The position numbers and the translations under genes are program-made. The notes under the pieces were generated by a model. The model did no database searches and was not told the origin of the DNA. It was given only the letters and a program-made list of their open reading frames with translations. From Bdellovibrionia bacterium (GTDB lineage: Bacteria; Bdellovibrionota; UBA1018), in assembly GCA_040399745.1 (NCBI GenBank), contig JBBARP010000005.1, positions 118,048-182,047 of the forward strand: DNA of 64,000 bases, read 5' to 3'. Positions 56,980-64,000 of the stretch are shown piece by piece; the stretch's first letter is position 1; every line of letters starts with the position of its first letter.

Positions 56980-57269
56980 TCCGGAATCTCCCCGGTAATC
57001 AGAACGCGAATCTCGGAAGCATCAATCCGGCGAATGCCGATCAATGCGCCTCGAACGCGAACGGCAATGGGATCGCCCCCGAATGGAGCCTCGTGCATGA
57101 CTTCCACTACCGAGCCTTCAATCAAGCCCATCTCGAGCATTCGGCGAGCGGAATCCGCATCTTTGAGTGCGACTGACTCGATCACCCCACGCTGCCCCAC
57201 TGGAAGCGCGGACAGGGGAATCAGGGAATGCGACGAAGAACTGAACACGAAAAAATCCACTTCGTTCAT
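56976..57269 (-). CDS. feoA: FeoA
   Basis: SH3-like FeoA domain LPVGQRGVIESV...GLIEGSVVEVM...IAVRVRGALIGIRR. It overlaps the feoB start. The 5' end is uncertain: the track ORF extends to 57329. Confidence 0.75.
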   Translation of the reverse strand: MNEVDFFVFSSSSHSLIPLSALPVGQRGVIESVALKDADSARRMLEMGLIEGSVVEVMHEAPFGGDPIAVRVRGALIGIRRIDASEIRVLITGEIPE

Positions 57270-57289
57270 CTTGAGAATGATTCTCAAGA
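57269..57289. promoter_or_regulatory. Fur-box-like near-perfect 19-bp palindrome in the feoA / repeat-protein-array divergent region
   Basis: cttgagaatGattctcaag. The core TGAGAATGATTCTCA matches the 7-1-7 Fur consensus TGATAATGATTATCA at 13/15 positions. Confidence 0.5.
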
Positions 57290-57391
57290 TTGATTTCCCA
57301 TTCTTAACCCCGCCCGAGGCGCGGCGCAAGGGGGTGCTAGAAAGCCACGGAAAGGTTTCAGAAACGCTCGCTCATAGCCGATCCGAAACCT

Positions 57392-58570
57392 GTGACGTTA
57401 CGTTCGATTTGCCAAGGCTTCGTCGCCGGCTTCATCCTTCAACTGCTCGTTCAGACGCCGGCGCTCGCCCAGGAGCCGTCGGCTGATCCTTCCGTCCGGA
57501 TCGCCGAAATCCGCGCTCAAGCACTCGAAAGTATCCGCCTCTACTCGGAAAACGGCGGCCCGGGGCCTCGGAGCCCATACTTACCCCAGTCCCGAACCGA
57601 CGAAGAAATGTATCACTATGGGCGGCTTCGCCGAATTTCGCTCGAGCTCCATCGTTTGGACCCCAAACGCTTTGCCCAGGCAAGATCGCTCGAAAATTTG
57701 GCCCGCCTGCTCGTGGATGAACCCGTCGAAGGGCCCGCTTTGGCAAAACTACTCAGGACGGCGCGCTCCGCGCCGGACTTTGAAGAGCGAGTTTACGAAT
57801 GGCGGAAAGTCGTGGACCCCAATCTGGACGAGTCACAGACGCCTAGTAATCGCGAGCTCACCCGGATCCGCTCCGACGTCCTGAGAATCCTGGAAAAATA
57901 CAAAGCCGTCGGTCGCCCTAACCCAAAAAGCACCCAATCCGAAGAAGCATCGGACTCGGACCACCTAGAACAACTCAGCAGACGCCTCTTAAAACTCGAC
58001 CCAAAAGCGTACGGACACGAAGCTGGATTCTCGCGACTTGCGTTGATCTTCGACGACATCGATCCCGAAGTCGCAACTCTGCTTCGAAACACGCGAAGCT
58101 CGAAAACCTTCCTAGAACTGGTCAAAAAACGCACGGGCCAGGATCCCTTACTCGCGAGTAAGCAAAAGGTGCTGGAAGACCTTCGAGAAGAGCTCATCCT
58201 GATCTACTCCGAGTACGCAAGAACTGGAGGCCCTAGTTTTTATCCCAAGGACCCGAAGTCGCGCGAAGGCATCTACGAGATCAAAGCTGCGCGCAGGATT
58301 TCAGAGATCTCCTTACGAGTCAGCGAGATCGACCCAGAGCGCTTTGGAGAAAAAGCCTCAAAAGAAGCGCTTGCGCGCCTAATCGAGGAGGTCCCATTTT
58401 ACGGTACGCCTCTGGCTCGCCTCCTGCGAACGCACCGGTTACACTCCACTTACAAAAGATACGCGCGCGACTGGGTTCGAACGCTGAGAAATTCCTCGCC
58501 GCGGCGATCGGGCCAGTCTGCCGAGGTGGATTGCATTAACCTGAGACTTCGACTCGAAAGCGAACCCTAA
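57392..58570 (+). CDS. Secreted modular repeat protein, paralogue 1 (3 copies of a ~110-aa helical module)
   Basis: Signal peptide FILQLLVQTPALA. Modules carry the recurring [IL]xIYxxY-x-TGGP...RRLxxISxRLxELDPxRF...NLARLIE..PxEGxxLAxLLRTxR...W pattern. Confidence 0.7.
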   Translation: MTLRSICQGFVAGFILQLLVQTPALAQEPSADPSVRIAEIRAQALESIRLYSENGGPGPRSPYLPQSRTDEEMYHYGRLRRISLELHRLDPKRFAQARSLENLARLLVDEPVEGPALAKLLRTARSAPDFEERVYEWRKVVDPNLDESQTPSNRELTRIRSDVLRILEKYKAVGRPNPKSTQSEEASDSDHLEQLSRRLLKLDPKAYGHEAGFSRLALIFDDIDPEVATLLRNTRSSKTFLELVKKRTGQDPLLASKQKVLEDLREELILIYSEYARTGGPSFYPKDPKSREGIYEIKAARRISEISLRVSEIDPERFGEKASKEALARLIEEVPFYGTPLARLLRTHRLHSTYKRYARDWVRTLRNSSPRRSGQSAEVDCINLRLRLESEP

Positions 58571-58628
58571 TCTTGCTCTGACTTCGTAACGCCTGAGTGC
58601 CAGCCCCCTGACACTTCAATCCGCAGTT

Positions 58629-60926
58629 ATGTCGGAGCTGATTTCAGCCGATTCGAAAAGAGTGAAACTTCGTCGTTTATTGCACCTCACTTGGATTCTT
58701 CACTTTGCGACGCTTGGGCTCTGGATTTCACCCACTCTGGCTCAGGACGAGGCTTTTGAAACCTACCGAAAAGAAGTTCTCGCCATCACGTCCAAGTACC
58801 CCGATCACGCCATTCCCAGGCGCAACGCAAGAATCTCAGAAAAACAGGATGCCGTTCGGCTCGATGCCATCGCCCATAAACTCTCGAGGCTGGACTCAAA
58901 AAAATACCCAATAAAAATCTCTCAGCACCAACGTCTCTCGGTCCTCATGAAGGACGCGTCCCCTGTTCTCTCGCTCCTTTTTGCCAGCCACAGTAAACAA
59001 CCTCATTACAACTCTCTGATTGAAGAGTGGATGGGGCGACCCACCGAAGCGGGACGAGAAAACCGGGAGAAAATTGAAGGCGGCAGAACTGAGGCGATTC
59101 AGATTCTGGAAAAATACGCTCCAAATGGCGGCCCGAGACTCACTCGCGGCACGGATGAACGAGAAGCTGCCGTAAAACTCGTCAATATTGGCCAACTGCT
59201 TCACCGCCTGAATCCCTTGAGATACCCAGAAAACAAAGACTTCCTCAAAAACGTTCACACGGGTGTTCGTGAAACTCGTACCGACTCAGCAGGACAACTG
59301 GAGAAGCTCCTCGCTGAACAAGCGGCTGAAGCGTTGGAACGGGAAAAAGTTCGTGCAGGCGAAGTGGATCCTCAATTGGACTTGGACCGATCCCTTTTGG
59401 AAAGGCGACAAAAGATCGAAGAAACTCTGCAAGCCTATCGCATCCAAGCTCATGGAATCTTCGTAAAATATGAAGCCACCGGCGGACCCAGGTTAAAGGC
59501 TCGCCTAGGCGAGGACGAACCCTCACGAGTCGAGATTCTCGACGCCGACTTGCTTCAACGAATCACCTTAAAACTTCAAGAAGTGGATCCATCCCATTAT
59601 GAAAGAACGAGCGGTCGAAGAAATCTAGCGAGACTCTTCAGTACCATTCCTGGAGAAGGCAAAGCGCTCGAAGACCTGCTCGAGCTTCGTGTGAATTCTC
59701 CCGATTTTCCCGCGCGTCTCGCCGCCTGGCGAAAGATCAGAGGCGAAATCGCAGTCACTCAAGCACCGAACGAACTCGTTCACCTGGAAACCCTACGTCA
59801 AGAAGTGATCCGGATTCTCGACAACTACCGCACCATCGGCAGGCCGCGAGCAACCCCTTCTGACCGGGATCAAGATTCGGCTGCAAACCGCCTCGTTCGC
59901 CTGGGGAGAAACCTCGCCAAGCATTTCCCAAATCAATTTGGAACCCTGGAGCCTCGCTCCGCGCTAGCTCAGCTGATCGAGGCCACCGATCCCCACGGCG
60001 CTGAAATCCTACGCCTCGAGGTGCGCTCGCCTGAGTTCAAAGAGGCGGTGCGCTTAAGAAATGGAGTGGCGCCCCTCTCTGCTCAAGCCGACAAAAGAAT
60101 CCTGGCCTACCAAGAGGAAGTGCTCGCCATTTATGAGGCCTATGCCAGCCAGGGCGGTCCCAGTGTTAGTCCGGCAGATCCAGAATCTCCTGAAGGGAAA
60201 AGAGAAATTTCAGCCGCAAGGCGCTTGAATGTAATCAGCCTGGGTGTCGGGGGCTTAGATCCCACCCGATTTCTTCCCACCGCGCAAAAAGAAAACCTCG
60301 CAAGGCTCGTCGAAGACGCTCAGGGCGGCGGCAAAGAACTGGCTCAGGTGATTCGATCGAGCCGCCAGACCGACGATTTTAAGCGCTCTATCCGGGATTG
60401 GAAAACGGCTCAAAGGCGCGCCGCAATGAATGTCAGTAGGCCGCAAGCTCCGGTGAAGGCAAACGAACCGACTCAAGCTGCGCAGAGTGATGAACCACCC
60501 GCGGCGTCGCCCGAAAAATCGTACCCCGACGCGGTTCGCGCTTTCTTAGATCGCTACAAGTCTGTCGACGCCGTTTTGAACGACAGCCTCAGGGTTTATC
60601 GAGAATTTCGAGACACCGGGGGTCCGATCGAATGGAATCCCCCCGCCACGCCTGGGCAAAAGCGAGAGCGATCAGCCGCAAGAATGCTCGTGCTCCTGAA
60701 TCATCGCCTTCACGAACTCGATCCTGCGGGGTTCTCCGACCCATCGAAGCTTGGAAACTTGGCTCGCGCCATCGATCAAATTCCCGGCGAAGGCCCAGCT
60801 CTAGCTGAACTTATGAGGACTGATCGATCCAAAGACCCGGCACTTCATGAAAGGCGACTGAAAATTTGGATCGCCGTTCTTGAAGAAGAAAAATTCATCA
60901 ACTGCCTCACGAACGCGACTCGCTAA
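58629..60926 (+). CDS. Secreted modular repeat protein, paralogue 2 (~6-7 modules)
   Basis: Signal peptide. Reiterated modules, e.g. ILEKYAPNGGPR, FVKYEATGGPR, IYEAYASQGGPS, YREFRDTGGPIEW. The C-terminal capping module ends W[IL]AV...FINCL. Confidence 0.7.
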   Translation: MSELISADSKRVKLRRLLHLTWILHFATLGLWISPTLAQDEAFETYRKEVLAITSKYPDHAIPRRNARISEKQDAVRLDAIAHKLSRLDSKKYPIKISQHQRLSVLMKDASPVLSLLFASHSKQPHYNSLIEEWMGRPTEAGRENREKIEGGRTEAIQILEKYAPNGGPRLTRGTDEREAAVKLVNIGQLLHRLNPLRYPENKDFLKNVHTGVRETRTDSAGQLEKLLAEQAAEALEREKVRAGEVDPQLDLDRSLLERRQKIEETLQAYRIQAHGIFVKYEATGGPRLKARLGEDEPSRVEILDADLLQRITLKLQEVDPSHYERTSGRRNLARLFSTIPGEGKALEDLLELRVNSPDFPARLAAWRKIRGEIAVTQAPNELVHLETLRQEVIRILDNYRTIGRPRATPSDRDQDSAANRLVRLGRNLAKHFPNQFGTLEPRSALAQLIEATDPHGAEILRLEVRSPEFKEAVRLRNGVAPLSAQADKRILAYQEEVLAIYEAYASQGGPSVSPADPESPEGKREISAARRLNVISLGVGGLDPTRFLPTAQKENLARLVEDAQGGGKELAQVIRSSRQTDDFKRSIRDWKTAQRRAAMNVSRPQAPVKANEPTQAAQSDEPPAASPEKSYPDAVRAFLDRYKSVDAVLNDSLRVYREFRDTGGPIEWNPPATPGQKRERSAARMLVLLNHRLHELDPAGFSDPSKLGNLARAIDQIPGEGPALAELMRTDRSKDPALHERRLKIWIAVLEEEKFINCLTNATR

Positions 60927-61000
60927 AGCGAGCGCCACCCGCATGACGCCCCGCGAGTTTTTGGGTCATGTCGGCAATGCACTCTTCCGATTAAACCAGT

Positions 61001-62611
61001 GTGAAACTCCATCATCGACACCTTCTCTTCTTGATTCTTTTTCTGGGCCAACTCTGGGCAGTTCAGACTCAAGCCCAGGGACCCAGCTTGAGGAAGGACG
61101 ATTGGCAATCCGTTCGGGATGAGGAAAAGAAATTCCTAAAGAAAGAGAGGCAACTTCTAGAGCTGAGACAGAAAGCCCTCGGCCTCATTCACCAGTATGA
61201 AGCTACTGGAGGTCCGCGCCAATACGCCAATAAAGGGGAGACTGAGCCCAGTGCGGAGGAAAAGAAGGCCTCCTGGGCTCTACGAAATATTTCCAGCCGA
61301 CTTCACAGCATCGATCCAGCTCAGTTCGAGAATACTTCCGACCGAAAAAATTTGGCGCGCCTTCTTCGCCATATTCCCGGTGAGGGTCCAAGTCTCGAAG
61401 CTCTATTTCTTCTGAGTCGCGCCGCTCCTGGTTTTTCTGCTGCTGTGTCCGATTGGCAGATGGCCAGAAAAAATCCCCCTACCCCAGTCGTTCACCAAAA
61501 CGATTCGTTCGATCCGATTCTTCAGGAAGCGCTCCAGATTCTCAAATCCTATCCTCTTCTCGGAAGACCGCGACTCGATTCCCCCACCAGAAAGGAAGTT
61601 TCAGACGCGAAACGCTTGGAAGTCCTGGGCCAAGGTATCGCCGAAAGGGACCCCAATATTTTTCGCAATCTCAGCCCGCTTAAAGCTCTGTCGCTCGCTA
61701 TGAAAGAAGTCGATCCAATTTCGGCAGACCTGCTGCGCCTGGACGTTCATTCAGAATATTTTAAATCCATCCTACGTGAGCGAAACCAAGTCAAACCTCT
61801 GATGCCCGAGGCGGAACACAAGATTCTCGAATATCAAAAAGAGGTCATCGCCATTTTTGAAACCTACTCCGATACCGGCGGACCAAGAGCTACCTCGACT
61901 CTCAAGAGCGAAGCCGATCGGGCTCGGGAATTTAAAGCCTACGTTCGCCTGACTGAGATCTCCAAACGACTCGGCGGACTTGACCCAAAGAGGTTTCTGC
62001 CGCGAACTCAGCGCGAAAACCTGGCCCGCCTAGTCGAGGCCTTACCGAGTGGAGGAGCTGAGCTCGCAGAAATCATTCGCAGTGGCCGAGGCCGCAAAAA
62101 AATCGAAAAAAAAATGAATGCTTGGCGGGCTGCTCGCGCGAAGCCTCAAGAGGACCTTCCCGAGGCGCCCGCGATGGCACCGAGCCGCCCGACTCCAGAG
62201 CGTCTCAGGAACTTCTTAGACCAATACACTTCGGTAAAATCGATCCTGAGGGACTCAGTAAAAATCATGCTCGAATACCAGGCAACGGGCGGACCCATCG
62301 AATGGGTGAATCCTCAAACGGCCAAACAGAAGCATGAACGATCTGCAGCCCGTATTTTGCAACACTTGAACGATCGCCTTCACGAGCTCGATCCAAAACT
62401 CTTCTCGTTTTCTGGAAAGTTCGGAAACCTTGCGAAAGCGATTGAAACCCTTCCCGGCCAAGGTACTGAATTGGCCGATCTTCTGCGAACGGATCGCGTG
62501 GCCGAGCCCGACCATTTCGAGCGAAAGCGCCAGACGTGGCTGGCGGTTTTTAAAAGTGATTGGTTCATCGATTGCCTCTTAAATGGCGGTCGGAAGGGCG
62601 GCACCCGGTGA
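61001..62611 (+). CDS. Secreted modular repeat protein, paralogue 3 (~5 modules)
   Basis: Signal peptide LFLILFLGQLWAVQTQA. Modules LIHQYEATGGPR, IFETYSDTGGPR, MLEYQATGGPIEW. The capping module is nearly identical to that of paralogue 2. Confidence 0.7.
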   Translation: MKLHHRHLLFLILFLGQLWAVQTQAQGPSLRKDDWQSVRDEEKKFLKKERQLLELRQKALGLIHQYEATGGPRQYANKGETEPSAEEKKASWALRNISSRLHSIDPAQFENTSDRKNLARLLRHIPGEGPSLEALFLLSRAAPGFSAAVSDWQMARKNPPTPVVHQNDSFDPILQEALQILKSYPLLGRPRLDSPTRKEVSDAKRLEVLGQGIAERDPNIFRNLSPLKALSLAMKEVDPISADLLRLDVHSEYFKSILRERNQVKPLMPEAEHKILEYQKEVIAIFETYSDTGGPRATSTLKSEADRAREFKAYVRLTEISKRLGGLDPKRFLPRTQRENLARLVEALPSGGAELAEIIRSGRGRKKIEKKMNAWRAARAKPQEDLPEAPAMAPSRPTPERLRNFLDQYTSVKSILRDSVKIMLEYQATGGPIEWVNPQTAKQKHERSAARILQHLNDRLHELDPKLFSFSGKFGNLAKAIETLPGQGTELADLLRTDRVAEPDHFERKRQTWLAVFKSDWFIDCLLNGGRKGGTR

Positions 62612-63573
62612 AAACACATCGGGCGAAATCAAGAGCCCCTTACCGCTTCCCCGTTCGGCAGCATCGTCGATTCCGTGTGCGAACGTTACTGCTGATTCTT
62701 CTCGGGGCTCAGTGGGCAGTTGCCTACTGGGTTCATGCTCAGGACTTCGAGCACAGCGTGAAGTATCAGGAACTCAAGAAGGAAGCCTTGGCCATCTATT
62801 CCCAGTACAAAGAGACCGGTGGCCCTGTTCGAAACCTTCACCCACGGAATCAAGCTGACATTTATGAAACTGCTGCGGCAGCGCGCTTGGGTGGCATCAG
62901 CACTTACTTAGGACGTAAGGCTCCCGAGCGCTTTCTGAAAGGGGCCGATCGCGAGAACATCGCGCGCCTCATTGAAGATGTGGCAGGCGAAGGCCAGGCG
63001 CTTGCTCTTCTCATTCGGACCCGAAGAAACGGGGAGCACTTCCAAGAAAGACTGAACGCCTGGCTTGGAGCACGCGAGGGGAAAGTCGTGGTCTTAAGCC
63101 CCGAGGCCGCAACCCTAGCCGTGAAGAGCGAACACCCCACGGGCGGTCCGCCCGAGCGACACAAGTGGATCCCGAGAAAGGCCACCGAAGCCGACATTCT
63201 TGAGGCCACCCTCAAGATCTACTCGGATTACTCGGAAACGGGCGGCCCCCGGTACTTTGTCGGAAGCGCTGCCAGTCTGGACGAAAAGTCCCTGGAAGAG
63301 CGCCGAGCTGGCGCCATCCTGAACCAGATGAACCACAAGCTCAGCCAGCTCGATCCGCTGCGATTTGAAGAAAACCACGGACGAGAAAACCTAGCGCTCC
63401 TGCTCGAGATTGCTCCCGGCGACGGCCCTGCCCTGGCCGCGCTGATTCGAACCCGTCGCCAGATGACCCCTGCGCTTCATGCAGAGAGGCTCGTAGCTTG
63501 GCAGCAGGCGCTCGCGGAGCGGAAGGCTCTCGATTGCATGCTTTCTCTGCCGGGAAAAACTCTAGAACAGTGA
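62608..63573 (+). CDS. Secreted modular repeat protein, paralogue 4 (3 modules)
   Basis: A GTG at 62608 overlaps the previous stop (GTGA). An alternative GTG at ~62676 gives the signal RTLLLILLGAQWAVAYWVHA. Modules IYSQYKETGGP, IYSDYSETGGPR. Confidence 0.6.
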   Translation: MKTHRAKSRAPYRFPVRQHRRFRVRTLLLILLGAQWAVAYWVHAQDFEHSVKYQELKKEALAIYSQYKETGGPVRNLHPRNQADIYETAAAARLGGISTYLGRKAPERFLKGADRENIARLIEDVAGEGQALALLIRTRRNGEHFQERLNAWLGAREGKVVVLSPEAATLAVKSEHPTGGPPERHKWIPRKATEADILEATLKIYSDYSETGGPRYFVGSAASLDEKSLEERRAGAILNQMNHKLSQLDPLRFEENHGRENLALLLEIAPGDGPALAALIRTRRQMTPALHAERLVAWQQALAERKALDCMLSLPGKTLEQ

Positions 63574-63588
63574 TATAAACCGGGCCGT

Positions 63589-64000
63589 TGTGAACCGGTC
63601 CAAGCTTTCCCTCTTCATCCTCGGATCAGCCGCCGTTGCGGCTGCCGCACCCCTGCCTGCAAGGGCGGACTGGGATGAGCCCAATTCGGCTCGGATTCAA
63701 GCCCTGCGACTTGAAGCGCTCACGATTCTAGAAGCTTACTCCTATCAAGGCCGACCCTTTCTCACTTCTTACAATCTAAGCGAGCGTGAAGACGCTTTGA
63801 GGCTTGCAGCGTTGGGTAGGGCGCTCGAGGCAGAGTTTCCACAAAGGTTTGAGAGAAATCGTCCTTCCGAAAACCTGGCGCGTCTTTTAGAGAAAAAGTC
63901 GCCTATTTTAGCTGCCCAACTTCGATCGAAGTCTCCCAATCAATCGATGCGCCGGAGCATCGATTTTCGGATTGAGGAACTCCGCAGCGAAGCGCTCTCC
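63589..64000 (+). CDS. Secreted modular repeat protein, paralogue 5 (3' partial, runs off the window)
   Basis: GTG start. Signal peptide KLSLFILGSAAVAAAAPLPARA, then the module ILEAYSYQGRPF...LRLAALGRALEAEFPQRF...NLARLLEKKSPILAAQLRSKS. Confidence 0.55.

Noticed and set aside
56976-57329. Longer 117-aa FeoA ORF starting at 57329
   Set aside because: The N-terminal 20 residues are not FeoA-like, and this reading would place the Fur-box-like palindrome inside the CDS. I favour the ATG at 57269, but this is unresolved, as noted in the findings.

Overview
This is a high-GC (~60%) Gram-negative bacterial chromosomal segment with dense, mostly unidirectional gene blocks and many secreted or lipoprotein paralogues. 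That style fits a Bdellovibrionota- or Myxococcota-like genome, but the lineage call is low confidence. I found no rRNA, tRNA, CRISPR array, integrase or transposase, so this looks like core chromosome with some lineage-specific families rather than a mobile island.

Recognisable genes, in order:
- 3' part of mutS2 (Smr domain), a periplasmic VanX/DdpX-type D-Ala-D-Ala dipeptidase and a BNR/Asp-box beta-propeller protein.
- An apparent operon of a MinD/ParA-like ATPase, a J-domain/RodZ-like HTH protein, rluD and pgeF.
- A TolC-HlyD-MacB(ATPase)-MacB(permease) efflux operon followed by a truncated family-5 solute-binding protein remnant.
- A VKOR-DsbA fusion, tatD, a YhaM-like OB-fold/HD exonuclease, and ygfZ translationally coupled to a ~1050-aa secreted HExxH/TolB-propeller protein.
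- An RND pump with its outer-membrane factor but no periplasmic adaptor.
- A tight minus-strand cluster udk-upp-DUF1688(URC4-like)-GTP-cyclohydrolase-II-like(URC1-like)-mmsA that matches the poorly understood URC pyrimidine-degradation route.
- lysC, an 8-TM hybrid histidine kinase operon, a CPBP protease, a DEAD-box helicase with a Gly-rich repeat tail, fabI-add, and a GGDEF / sigma54-activator / PAS-kinase / HDOD signalling block.
- A KamA-like radical-SAM aminomutase, exbB-exbD and feoAB.

The most unusual feature is a divergently transcribed tandem array of at least five paralogous secreted proteins running off the window end. All are built from a reiterated ~110-aa alpha-helical module, and a near-perfect Fur-box-like palindrome lies in the feoA/array intergenic region.
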